Assembly: GCA_904063045.1 (NCBI GenBank)
Contig: CAJFCJ010000009.1
Location: 2,356,968-2,420,967, forward strand
Reading direction: 5' to 3'
Source: Dimorphilus gyrociliatus
Taxonomy: Eukaryota > Animalia > Annelida
DNA length: 64,000 bases
Shown here: in pieces, positions 28,097 through 41,795 of the stretch
Layout: every line of letters starts with the position of its first letter
Position numbering within the stretch: position 1 is the first letter of the stretch
The notes under the pieces: generated by a model
Told to the model about the DNA's origin: nothing
Databases searched by the model: none
Seen by the model: the letters and a program-made list of their open reading frames with translations, nothing else
Position numbers and translations under genes: made by a program

Positions 28097-29508
28097 TTAG
28101 ATCTTCAAGATGTTGTCATTATTTAAATAGGCTTTTAAAAAAATGAAAATAAGCCCGCGCCATTAATTAATATAGATACTTGGATTGTTATTTAACGTAT
28201 AACTTACTTAACATATCCTTATTTTCTAATATTAATGATGCTATTCGATTTAGAACTAGCTTCAACATAACGAAATTATCCTATAATTTTATAAAAAAAA
28301 TCAATTCGCTTTACTATTCGAATAGAATAATGTTGGTAAAAAGGAAAAGAGAAAGAAAAATCTCCTACTAGAATATTGGTCCAATCTTGTTCGCAATCCT
28401 TATACTTATATTCTAGAACCATATTAATCTGATCTTCGTTATTTAAATATATTTCATTCTCTTCCAAAGTAATGCAATGCCGAAATTCCATCTAGAATAT
28501 TAAAGTAAAGGGAAAAATGATAGATTAGTCTTAGATGTATATAAATCTATTATATATTTTATATTACGCAAAGACAATAGCTGAGATTATCATCAATTTT
28601 CCTAATGATCCGACCAATAGACTTAATTAGTTTATCTGATATTATAAGCAGTGGAAAATAATAATTATTGATCACATATTTTTTTAATTGTCTAACCAAC
28701 CTATAGATAATTCAACTGGTTCGAATAGACTGGACCATTCGTAAAATTTTAAAGCCATTTCCCCAAAAGACTGTACCTATTTTAAAAAATCTATTAATTA
28801 GTTATCTATCTTAGTTTTAAGATCTTTTTGTATATACCTTAGAATCATCTGCTGAAAGTTGTAAGGCTCCGAGAATCTCGTCGTAATTTTCTAATATATT
28901 TCCAAAATCCTTCCGAGGAAGTTTTTTCAAGGACCTGACAAAGATCAAATAATAGTTTATCAACCAGGTCTGTAAAAGAAAACAAAGAATGATTATATAG
29001 GTTGAATGATAGACAATTTGGTTAAATAATTATTAATAAATGATAATGACAAATTAATTGTCTTTTATAGTTTCTTTACCTGATCCAATTTACATTTTGC
29101 CAATGATTCTTCAATTTTGCCACAGTCCTTTCGTGCCTTATAAAATGATGTAGTCTTTTTCATAACGTATATTTCTATATATTCATGTAAAAAAAACAAA
29201 ATAATGTACTCTTGTTCTATTTCATTCTTAACCAGCATTTAAAACTTACCAGATAATCTTTTTTTCCAGCAAAGTACTTTATTCAAACCAATAACGAACT
29301 TCTTCAATCTACTTAGTAGTTTCTGAGAAAAATACATTGAAGTTGTTTAAATTTCTCGTGTATAATTGCCTTTTATAGATGTAATTCAATAACTTACTTT
29401 CAAATAACTTGCATCATTCAGCCATTGCATAAACATAAGTTTCCTGGATACTGGTCGTACTGGTCTTACTGATTTTACAGGTTTTACTGTTTTCATTGTA
29501 TCTTCCAT
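28097..29508 (-). CDS. Uncharacterised multi-exon protein, about 260 aa
   Basis: About nine short exons join in consistent phase: MEDTMKTVKPV...SYLK | KLLSRLKK... | EIYVMKK... | TWLINYYL... | VQSFGEM... | DKLIKSIG... | MEFRHCIT... | DNFVMLK... The last exon is uncertain. Confidence 0.6.
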
Positions 29509-30545
29509 CTTTATTAATGATATATTCATCTAATATTCTAATATTGTTCAATTAGTCGGAAATTACAAATGTTCGTTTTGCCAAAAAAAAATTTCACTCG
29601 TAGTATTTAGAGTAGATATTTATCAAGAGAATGATAGTTGGACAGGCTATACGTTAGATATTCAGGTAGAGATAATGGAAAATTTCCAAGTAAATATGTT
29701 AACAGGGTCTATTCGTCGTCGAACAACACTCGCAAATGACGATTCTAAACCCATTAAAAACCGATTTTAATTAACAATATTAGATAATTGAGTAGTTATT
29801 AGTCTGGCAAATTGAAAAGTAAGGGCGAATCGACAGTTTCAATTGAAATTTGACATAGTTTTTGACTTGTCCTATAAGAATTTAATTTAAATTTTACACT
29901 CTGGCCCCCTCTTAATTCTCTCCTTTCTGCTTTAATTGTCTGACCTTGTTACTTTCAATGTCCTTTTGACCTAGTTAACTTAAAAAAAGTCAAATATTTA
30001 CTTTCCAACCGAAGATTAATGATTAAATCATGTCCACGAACGAGGCCATTGCTGACAGACAAAATTTGGCAAGCGTAAGATATGCTCAATTCGTATAAAC
30101 TATCTCTATTTTTAGTGCCAAAAAAATGTCTGATGATTGATCGAAGTTTCTCCGATCCTTTATTAACTAATCTACTGTAGAGGACATTTTTTATAAATAT
30201 TCTTTCTATTCAATCCGTATCCTTCTATCTACCTTCCCGCTCAACCCATTTCTTTTTCTAATTTGACGAAAATAGATAGAAAAGAATATTAGCTTATACT
30301 TGTCATATTTTTTATTGAAGGATAAATGACTGTAAGATTTGTTACAAAATTGAAATTTCTATTAAAATGAACGTAACAGAAAAATGTAAACCTTCACCAA
30401 AATTAAAAATTACTTCTAAATTATCGAAGACTATAATTGGGAGAGAAAGATGTCTTACTTTTTAGATTAATGTTCATTCTCTGTCAGAAGAACAAAAGAA
30501 AATCACTTGAAAGAGCAATTAAAGAATAAAACTAACCTAGATAGA

Positions 30546-31374
30546 TCAATAACTAAACGAACGTCCGAATGATTCCAATTCGCTAAGTCTCTTTTCAAAA
30601 ACTTTTTCAGTTCTATTGTCACTATTCACTTCAGCAATTAATTCTATTATACCAAATGCCAATTTGTCCTTTTTAGAAAAAATTTCAAACGACGAGTCAG
30701 TGAAGAATGAATGCAAGAGAGAGAGAGATAGATTGATAGATAAAATGAGAAACAAGAATAGAAATATTTATTAATTTCAATAATTCTATTATTTACATAT
30801 CATATACATTTTATTTTTTATAAAAATAATGAATAATAAATTATTCCTAACCATATAATGATCTTGTTTAGATTGATGAGTTGGTGATTCTCGTATACTA
30901 TTAACTAATGAAAGAACTATTTCACTTTCCGTTATTATTCTGTATACAAATTTAAATCAAACGCAAGTGAATAAATATGGAATTAATAGAAATTACGAAT
31001 AGAAGAAGCAGTGAAAAGAAATGGAATGTACTCAATAATGTTCTTTTTTTTTTATTATTCCTTTTCATTCTGCCTTACCTGTCTTCCTCATTTATTGCTA
31101 CATTTGTTGAATTTGATTGCGAATTTGATACTATGATTTAACAATTAAGAATAATTAGTAAAGTAAACTATGATATAAGTATATACAATATATATATAGT
31201 TTATTAAATACCTTTTTTCCAAGCAGTAGCGAAATGAGTATCATATTCTATACATTCTTTATAAGGAAATAATACAAGGATTCTTATTTATAATTCGTTA
31301 TTTATTTAAATGTAATTGGTCAAACTTTTAAAGTTTTCTCTATTAATTATTTCACTTATTCTCATATTCTCCAT
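30546..31374 (-). CDS. Possible uncharacterised multi-exon gene
   Basis: Chain of small exons (MENMRISE... | KCIEYDTHFATAWKK | VSNSQS... | IITESEIV... | DKLAFGIIEL...) can be joined in phase. Both ends are uncertain. Confidence 0.35.
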
Positions 31375-31478
31375 TGTTGATAGAAAATTGACTTTTTTAC
31401 AAAAGGAAAAAGAAACGAAATGGAAGTAATTAAAGAATGTTTGTATAAAAAAAAATACCAATTATTTTTCTTTGTGAA

Positions 31479-33019
31479 TTAAGTTTTCTTAGTTCGTTTT
31501 CTCTCCATAAAAGGAATGAATGCGGTAATGTCTATATATATATAAAGAAGAGCATATGATAAACGATACTGTAATATATATTTAATAGAGAATTTATATT
31601 ATTAATTACAGTTAATTTATTATCAATTTCGTTCAGAACTTTTCTAAACTTCTTCACTAAATTAATATTATTGATATCTTTTGTTTTAAAAATACTATAA
31701 TTAGTTTGAAATTGATCAAATGCACCTGTAAAAAGAATGGAATGTTTATAGATATTTTTAATTATGTTTATGAAAAAAAGAACTACTTGAAAATGAAATT
31801 ATCTCTTCGTCTATACAAGTTGCTTTCATATTTGATGAAAGTAGATCTGAACATAAGACACAGTATTCACATTATAATAAGAATTTAATTATTACCACGT
31901 TTATTACCTATATTACCGTATCTTTTAGATATGGATTGTAAATTACAAAATAGTCTTTCAATTTCATTAATTTGAACCTGAAGAATAAGAGAAATGTATT
32001 GGAATATTTTGTCGAGTATACATTTATTCACCTCTAATTGATTCAAGCGATTTGGAATTTCTTTCAAACCTTCACCAGCTTTCGTTATATTAAGCATTTC
32101 ATTTTTGTTATCATAATCATTTAATGTTGTATGGCTGGCGTAGACTTCTAAATTCTTTGAACCACTCTAAATAAATGATATACATCATTAACAAAAATTT
32201 TAGGATATATCTTATGCTATTTGATACGAAAATACCATAAATTTCTTTAATTTAAAATGGTATTGTCGAGTTATTATGATACTTTGCATTAATTTTGATT
32301 GATTATCTTCAATACCATCTAAAAATATAAATATGTTAATTGTTATTACAGTAAATTTAATAGGTTAATTAACATAATAATTCTCCTATTCTATGGAGAA
32401 TGCATCCTATATGCTTCACCACATCTATTATTACTTGAGCATGAAGCTAAAATGTAAAACGTTATTAGAAGTGATATAAAAATTAACATTTAATTTATCA
32501 ACTTTTGTATCTTCGAAAAAGTTCAATAAACGATCTAGAGTTGTTAACATAACATCGTAATGATTTTTTCCACAAAATATACATATTCTTCTTAATAACT
32601 AAAAGAAAAAACAATGAAATTAATAGAGTTAAAATAGGTTTAGAAACAAATATATATATATTACTTGAAAACGATGCAAGACTAGAACTTGTTTCCTCCC
32701 ATAAACAATTTCTCCAATAACAGAGCTAATATTCACTGAAAATTTATCTGTTTAAACATTAAAAGAAGATTATTAACAGTTTAGTATAAATTAAATGAAA
32801 ATATACCAATCTTTTCAAATTCCAAATCAAACTTCTTTTTCAATACTTTCCAATCTTTCTTTAAAAAGTGTGAATAGTCCTGTAATATTGAAATAATATA
32901 TAGACACTAATATTTTATATTAAAATTCATCTACAAACCTTTAATATAGTAAGCTGAGATACATAATATTGAAATTTTGTATCATAATCCATTGTTTCTC
33001 TATTCTTTAATTTTGGCAT
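31479..33019 (-). CDS. Uncharacterised multi-exon protein, about 330 aa
   Basis: About 11 exons separated by ~55-70 nt GT-AG introns, with consistent phases from MPKLKNRETMDYDTKFQYY to YRLSYALLYIYIDITAFIPFMERKRTKKT*. Confidence 0.65.
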
Positions 33020-35547
33020 CTTTTTAGATATTTTTTAATAGTAGTAAGACTTTGAAAACTCAAAGATTCAACTACAAGTAAAATAGAATTCTATACGTTT
33101 CTCTTTTACTTTATTATATTTAACACCTATATCAAAAAAAAGAATACTTGCTAACAACAATTATACCTATGTTGTTATAAACATTATTAAAGAATATTTA
33201 CTTATTATAGGATGATTGAATTTAGAAAATAAAACTTTTGACCTTGATAACCGACGTTATAAATCAATTAGCAATCTTTGGGGAAGAAGTAATAATATAT
33301 TATTGACGAGAATTTAAAATATATGAACAATATTTCATTTGTAGAGAAAAGGGAACATTAGAAAAGAGGAAGACTGGGGAAAAATATTCCATCCTGATTA
33401 AACATAAGGGAAATGTCGCATATATATATATAGTAGATATATTTTTACATCTGCTCCCAAAAAAAAACGATTGTTCGTAAGGATTCGCTCTTTGAAAAGA
33501 AATTTTTTGTCATGGAAGACTCGTCTTTCTCTTTTTATAGTAAGTTCGCTTAACCCTGACTAGTCCAAAAATTAGATCGGAAGTCAACAATAGTTAGTGT
33601 AATGAGAGATGTTTTATAGGAAGCATACCATTCTCACAAAAATTTGTAAAGGTATTGTAAGCACATACTTAGGTTTGTTGAATAAATATCATATTTTCCA
33701 AAAAATTTTAGACGTCCTCCTTTGTGCTCTTTAGAAGATAATAAGCCTAAAAGGGTTAATAGTATTACAGTAGTAATAATGTAATAATAAATTTTTTTAA
33801 TATGTGTTCGCTATTTTCATTTAATTATTTCAAGATCAATTGAAAGGGTAGGAATAATTAAAGATATATGGCTTTGTTTAGCATTAACAAAAAGAGAGAG
33901 TCGTCTCTATATAATAACAACAATTCTAATTTCTTACAAAAACAGCAAGAGACGCTTGAAAACAAGACGTTTCTTAATTAACGCTGCAATAATATTTACA
34001 AAGGTATAAGAAAAAATAGATTAATAAATATATTAGTCAATATAAAAGAAAAGATTATACTGCATATAATACTAATACTAGATAGTATTGGTTGTATTTA
34101 TCAATACAAGCACGTTGTTTTATATTGTCTTACAAAATGAAAATTACTCTTGGTACAGGCGTCAAAAACCTCTTATACATATTTTAGTAATATTTTAAAT
34201 ATTTAATAGAAGTGAGGGAGAGAAAAAATAAGAGAAAAAGTTACTTCAAAGCGTCTCGTTAAATTATAAAATGTCAGGGGAGCTTGACTATAATCATAAA
34301 TATTCAATAGTTTGTTGTTTATTGAAAATTTTATATGACGACAACCCTTATCCATGGTAAAATGTACATTTATTGATTGAAGACTTTGTATTTAATTTGG
34401 CTAAAATCTTTTGGGAATGCGGAAATATATTTAGGAGTATTAAACAAGCTTTTAAAACAAATTTTTAATTTGAATTCTTTATAAATCAGTCAACTAAGGA
34501 AAGGCTTTAAATTAAAGGGAAGAGAATATAGTTGATGAGAAGAGACATTCTCCTCTCATGTTACTCAAAAGAACATTGGAAAGAGAGAGAAAAAAACAAA
34601 TAAACGACAACTATTCTATATAATATTATTTAAAACTTAGCCGAGACGGTCCCTGCGTCTATTTTAGAATCGCTTGGCGTGGCATTAATAGAGAGTACTA
34701 CTTGCAAATTACTTTTACATGTAATTTAATTCACTCTAATTTTCTCAGGGTAAAATCTATTTTTTTTACTGTAGATTGTAAAAATTTCGCGAACCAAATT
34801 AGATTAGATCAACGGCTTAATCGACAACACCCAACTACTACTTAATATTATATAAGACACGTTTGGGTTTTTTATCAATCCTCACCATATATAGACCTAT
34901 ATAGTTTGCTGCAGAGAAAACCAGTTAAGATTAATGCGTGCAGCTAAAAGTTGAAAGGAAGTTCTCTATAGTGGTTACGAGAAATGATTAATTACAATCC
35001 TCTTCCAAAAGAAATATACATCATTTCCACAACAGAGTAGAGGGCGTCGTAGTAATTAATTAATTTATGTAATGAGAAAATTCAAAATCAATTGTTAAGA
35101 GATTCCTCACGGCAACAACGAGATTTGTATTCCAAAATCAGTATAACATGTTAATAGTATCTTTTTTTTTAAATACAAGGGTTTTATGGCGGTAGAAACA
35201 AATAAACATTGACTAAGAGGAACCAATTTAAAAAAATAATGACAAATTTTCTCAGTCACCTCGCTTTTCTTCTTTAATTTTTTCATTATTTCAAATATGC
35301 ATTTTGGATAAATATAAGAGTTTTGGAATGTACATAGAAAAAACATTTTACAAGATATAACATTGAAAAAAAAATTGGTCCGATTAAGGTTTTTTCTTTT
35401 TAAATAACAATATTTTTTTTTTTACATTCACTGTTCATCATATTAATGAAAAACAAGTATTGTCTATTATATTACGACAACGAACCTTATTAGAAACATT
35501 ACAAATGCTAATCAAGTAAACAGACGCTGCCACTACCGGTGTCCAGG

Positions 35548-38500
35548 CTATCGGTCGACTTCCTCATCGGCTGAATTGCTTCTGGCTAGTAGCGTCCTAG
35601 TTTCTGCGGCATCTTCATCGGTATCAGGGGTTGTCGTAAAATTATTTAAAAAAGTCTGACCACCGGACGAATCGACTTTGGCTTTGAGTACTTTAACAGA
35701 AAGTTCCGCCAAGTCAGCATTTAAGTCATTATTCTTCTTCTTCCCTGCCCGACTTTGGGCTAATTGCTCCATACCTAAGGCAAGTTAACCTCATATTAAA
35801 AACCGATAATAAAAAATTTTCATCTATTAGCATATAGATTATATTGTCGGGGCTATGAAATGCTTTCGTTAGTAGGCTGTTATAAACTCCAAATGGAAAT
35901 ACTCTATGTAAAGCAGCAAAAACAGAATAACGGTTAATTTCGAAAAAGCGAAACAAAAAAAATAACAATAAAAAAAACAAACTAAAGCATTAAGGCCTTT
36001 TGTAAATAAAACGTAAAATTAATAAGCCTGTAATCCCCTACACCGCAGTAGCTTAAATTAACACCTGTTTCTATGATATACATCATTCTCCTGTAATTTC
36101 AGTTTTTCGTTCATGTTTTTTCTTCTGCCTACTTAAAGATATATAAAAAATTTTTTTTCTATTTCATCTTCAGTTATTTATAAAAATGACATTTAATTAC
36201 CTCAGGATTTATAATAAATGACAGATAAATAAAGAAAAAAAATTACATAATATCTTACCTTCTTCGTGTTCCCACTCCAAATCGATTGAGCTCGATTCTG
36301 AGAGTACTCGCTCCTTAGTCAAACTACTAGTTGTGCTTTGCGTGTCGACAGGCACTATAGACATAAATAGAAAAAACAGTTATTCGCTTAATAACTATAT
36401 AAAACAAAGAATTGAGCGATGACGAAGGGGAAAATAGAAACATTACAAGAAAAGACCAAAGATATATTTTATACTTGACAAAAATTCATACCTTGGGAGG
36501 CAATAGCTCTCGTTCTTGCGGCCAATGAGCGAGCTTTTACACTTTCCATAAACGTTTCAAAATCTTCTTCACCAGCTCTAAATTATTTAATAATAGAAAA
36601 AAGTTAAAGTTTGGCAAATGGTACTAAAGTAGATATATTGTTATACAAATAAAGTATAAAAATGATTATTATCATTATTATTAATCTACATTATGTTTCT
36701 CCTTTAATTATTTATTAACGCCCATAATATGCCCTACCATCGCCGCATATAGCACGTTTTATCCGTACAACTAGTTATTAATCCCACGGCAATGGATATA
36801 ATGTGAAAGCGCATGATAAATCGACAACGTTACTCTTCATTCGCTTCCGCTGAATTATATCTTTTACCCTTCCCCTCCTTTTGCTTTCTGCCGCAAAAAC
36901 AAGTCCTCAGGGGAGTTAACATATATACTGAATATATACAGTAATATCATATTAATATTATACATGTGGGCTATATAAAATAAATTTAATATTTATCCAG
37001 TTTTTTATTAATTGTATGCCTATACAATAATTTTATATATTTATATAGAGTTAAATATATATATATATACTAATATATATATTTATTCTACCTTATCAAC
37101 TAATACCAAAGAGAGTTAGCTGGAAGGAAAAAAGAGACTGGATACAAAAAAGAAAAAAAACCAACGCAAGGAGTAGGCGGCGTTACCCATAATTATTTTC
37201 TGAGACGCTACTCGTTTTATAGCAAGGAGGGAGAGAACAATCTTGATTCTTATCGATCGTTTACGAAAGGAAAAAATCGTTAATATCGTTAAAGTCACGA
37301 AGTCTAACCGCCAGTCGATCGTTTCATTTGATAACAATAAAGTCAACGAGTAAAATAAGATAGGGAAAAGAAAATGGAAAATAAGGGGGCAGTACGAAAA
37401 AACGAAAGGCTAAAACTAAATAAACGTTCAGCCCCCCTCACCAACGCTAATGCGACTAAATCGTGTTTCGGGCCTGACGGCTAAATGCAGATTGCGAAAG
37501 GCGTTACTCCTAGGGCAAAGTAAAGGGAAACTTACACGTCCCAGTCTTCTTTTTCGTCCCCGAGCCAATTGGAAGTATTTTTCACTTTTTGTTCCTTCAT
37601 TTTCTGAGCTTTAGCCACTCTGGCAGCCTCTCTTTTCGCTTCGTAGAAGGCCTCTTCCTCCATTCTTAATTCTTCTTCTTGTTTGACAAGCTACATTAGG
37701 TGCAAAATAGAGAATAGTAGAATATATTAAAATTATTTAAAGACAAATAAAGAATAAATAATCCGGTTAATTTAAGAATTTTTACGGTTCGACTAGTGAT
37801 AAAATATCCGTGAAGGAGGAAGCAAAAAAAAGTGAGAAAAAAAAGAGGGAGGGAAAGGAGACTAGTGAAGAACGGAGGGAAAAAAATCATTTTTCGCTTC
37901 ATGCATAAACTAAAATATTTCGCAACCGTTCCACTTTTTCGCCCATTTTCTCGTCTAAAATAATAATACTCTTCCTTGGTTGTCAAGAATACCCTTTTTT
38001 CTCTTTCTTTTTTTTTTGTTAATTATCACTTACGTTTCTTTCAATTTCTCTATCTAATAATTTCTGATGAGCGACGAGGTCGTTGAACCGTTTGGCTTTT
38101 ACTAATGCTTTTTCTTCATCCGTGACTACGCTATAAAGGAGGAACAAACAACAACAAAATTTTTTTTTTACGTGCAAAAAATTCTCTTATAAAGTGTTTT
38201 AATTAAAAAAATAATAATAATAAAAGAGTTCAAAGAAAAATAACATCAGTGAGGAATTCTTGCAGATTGTAGTATAAGTATACGGCTTAAAATGTACATA
38301 TAGAGATCTAAACATGCTTAAGTAACATTGATTAACAGACTATCTAAAACCGTACCCATTTCATGTAAGAAGAGACTGTAAAGGGCGCAGGATTGAACTG
38401 CAAATGACCTCTGCAAAAAAAAAATCAGGCATACCATATATAACGATTAACTTTAGTCTGCCAATCAGGCCTAGCATGGGGCGTTGAAAAATGTCACTGT

Positions 38501-39651
38501 ACAGAGCAGATAAGCCTTAAGGATATTATCAACAGAACTCTAAACTACCTAAAAATAAATAGAAGACCGAAAGAAAAAAAAACTATATTTCCCTCTTAGA
38601 AAATAAATCAATAAAGATGCTTTCGTATATGTTACGAAATCAATATTTATTCACCAACGATTTATTTATTATTTAGATAGAAAACTGCGACGACTAGGAA
38701 CTTCAGTTAATTTGAAATATTCTATCGGGAAATGGTAAAGTCGCTAGTAAGCCCACAAAATTATCCATAAACTGAAACAGTTATGACTAATTATAAGAGA
38801 CGTTTCTATAGAAACTAATGTCTATGAAAACATTTCTATATGTCGTAAAATTTTATAAAATCCATTCATCATAGTAAGCATGGAAAAGTAGAAAAAGTAG
38901 CAAAATAGAAAATTATTACCCTAAGACTTAAGCAATAGCTCGTTTCGTGCAAAATCTTATTTAAGAAATTGTAAACTATATGAGGTTAAGAACGATCACC
39001 CGCCTGAATAATAGCAGTAATCACAGTCGAATCGACGGCCTATCGTTTTCAATCCGAGTTGGTCATTGCTTAACGAGCTAATTTCGCCATATTGATAGAA
39101 AAGAAAAAAGACCGTCATCTGTTATAGCTTTAAATGTCACGTAGCCTAATTCTCTATACAAGACTTTCGATTTTCGGATTGCAAACAAGAAAGTGTTTAC
39201 TTAAACCGGTCGTTGCTCTTCAGTAAAAACGGGGGAAATTGCGAGGTTTTGGTACTTACTTGCAAAGTTCGTCAGCGTGTTGTTCCTGTATATTTTTGAT
39301 TTTTTGATTTAGCTTTTTTGATACTAGCCCTTGGAAATTGTATTTATGTTACTTACATTGTCAATCAGCTGGTCGAATTCAATGGAGAAATCTTTTTCAA
39401 TATTGTATCTTGTTCGCAAGTATTTCCTATTTGCACAAAGTTAGTCCTTTAAAATTTTATCTTATAAGGTAGATAGATGGAAAAGAATATTCGTTAAAGA
39501 GGAATTTAATAAAAACAAAGCCATAGGGGCGGTAACCAATTGCGAAAAGTAAAGTTGATATTGCACAAGCACATATTCTTGATTTCTACGAAAATTAAGA
39601 AAGGTACCTTCGGTCGAATCTCCCCAAGCATCTGTCACAACAATTACCCAT
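35548..39651 (-). CDS. AP1AR: AP-1 complex-associated regulatory protein (gadkin)
   Basis: Exon 1 MGNCCDRCLG (39651-39608), FSIEFDQLIDN, LVKQEEELRMEEEAFYEAKREAARVAK, GEEDFETFMESVK and SIDLEWEHEEG all match recalled AP1AR blocks. Last exon 35774-35548. Confidence 0.9.
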
Positions 39652-40220
39652 CCTTCTATTATCATTCAAAGGTAATGAGGAAGAAAACTTGAGCGGAGAA
39701 TCCCGTCGTCTGTTACTGACACATGCCGGAAATGATATGCCAATTGCCAAACAACTTTTTTTTTGCATAGTCTGGACCAAGTCTTTGTATGCAACAGTGA
39801 GTATCAAAGTAAATATTAGAATACCGAACCACACTAACAGTACTAAATTCCATCGTTGGAAGGACAGCATTACAATTATTTTAAATTTTAGAAGAGACGC
39901 AAAGGGAAAATTTGTCTAATTCTATGAATATTCTAAAATTAATTGAACGTAACGATACTTTATTTATTATTCCTACCGATCTGCTCCCTAAGCTTTATTA
40001 AACTCTGTCCAAATTACACGACAGGGAATTCAAAAAAGATAATGAAAAGATTTTTACTATCTTACTTCCTGTGAAGTAAACGGTACCTATTGCAAATCTA
40101 AGAATTGAATAAATTATTAGAAATTAACTATTCCAGCATTTTCTTCCGCAACTTTACCGACAGAAATATCACATTGTTGATTAAAGAAACGAGACAAACG
40201 ACTCTCTCACAGGTTTACTT

Positions 40221-41636
40221 ATGATACGAAAGTTGAATGCCCTTCCGGGCTTTGATACTAGAACTGGTACTTACATCAAAGTGTCAATAGCACAATCATT
40301 ACAAGAAATTAGTGGCGATTATAAAGGTCAGGATTTTAGTTCTAATAATACTTCATATTGAAAAATGTAAATAGCGGCTAATTATCACTTTTACGAAATT
40401 TAGTCAGTCACCGTATAGAAGTAGCTGGTCGCATTATAAACATAAATAGGAAAGAATCATTCCCGAGATATTACCATAGTAAGATTACAACAATAGCCTT
40501 CTAAATTTAGAAAACCCTTTTTTTTCAAGTTGAAGATGGTAGTGATGGCCAAATTCTTTGTAGGCAAAAAGCACCTTTACAAGATGATTCTTTTATCGAA
40601 GGTTCTCTTTTTTTTCTCTTCTCCAACCATAACTTTTTTTAATATCAGTTTTTCTTTTAATGTTTAATTGATAATTTAGCTAAAGAAAAGTGTAAAATGG
40701 AATATTCTCAATTTCTACCTAAATTTAACGATGATTTTACTATTGGAGAGTTTATTAAAATTCAAGGATCACTGTTTAAAATGGATAGTAAGACCGCTTT
40801 AGTTTGCGCTAAGAATATCCGTAAGCGTATTAAATTATAAATGAAATACATTTAATACGAATAAAGTTTTCAGGTAAAATATCTGAAAAGGAGGTAGAGC
40901 AACATTTAAGAATTGCAGAGAAACTAAAAATAGATGTTTATGATAAGGATTTTATTTTAAGAGAAGAACTTGATGCGTTTAATAATTTAGAGGGGCTATT
41001 TAAATTTCACTTTGGATCGAAAATATTAAAATTCATTGAAGAAGAGATTACGTCCTTTAAGACATTTGATGATGAACTAATTATTGGAAATTTACTTTGT
41101 AAGGATACAAAAAATCGTGCTGTAGAATACATTCAATCCGAAAGACAATCATTTCGTGTTTATAACTCTGGAAACAATAATAAAGATGATAATGATAGAG
41201 TTACAGAGCTATTTAAAGAAATCATTCAAGATGCTTTAAAACATCTGCTGGAGGAAGGAAAATTGTATAAAATTTCCGATTCGGAATTTCTTGTAAGTTT
41301 TTATGGTGTAATTCTATTTATAAATCTTGTAAATTTCTTCTTTCAGACTACTAAAAACGATAAAGTCCTTTATAAGCAAATAATCGACTGTCTACCTGCT
41401 AGTAAGTGTATTTTGGTTTTTTTTCTACCAATCGATTGTAAATTTCCGATAAAACTGATCTATTTTTCTCTAAATTAGGTAATAGTAAGGAGGGGATTCA
41501 TTGGAAATCTATAATGGCAAAAATAAAAAATTACAATTTCTACATTACTAAACAAGCTCTACTATATGCTTTAGACGACCTTGTACAATCTGCAACGATA
41601 TTTCCATGTACAAACCACAAGTACAAGTTGGTCTAA
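40221..41636 (+). CDS. STN1: CST complex subunit STN1 (OB fold plus two winged helices)
   Basis: Exons (40221-40326, 40404-40478, ...) give RIEVAGRII, EDGSDGQILC, FTIGEFIKIQGSL, VYDKDF, IIQDALKHLLEEGKLY, KEGIHWKSI and ALDDLVQSATIF..KYKLV*. These are colinear with STN1 motifs (VDVLG, DDSTG, IGDTIRVRG, VYDQPF, AIQLLQEKG, EKGCHF). Confidence 0.8.
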
Positions 41637-41795
41637 CAAACTTAATAGTTGATAAAATGTATTAAATAAGCTTCTGGGTGGATAAATTTAAATGTTGTCA
41701 TTAATTTTGAAAGCACGAAAGAAAACATACGCAACAAATTTATTGCGTTATTTTGTTTTGCTCTCTTCCTCCCTTTTTTTTTTTATTAAAGTAGC

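Noticed and set aside
30217-30226. Plus-strand GTATCCTT resembling a third U12 donor
   Set aside because: No plus-strand exon upstream and no matching branch site or acceptor found.
33100-35500. Possible small exons in the gap between the orphan block and AP1AR
   Set aside because: Every join I tried gave at most ~30 codons before a stop.
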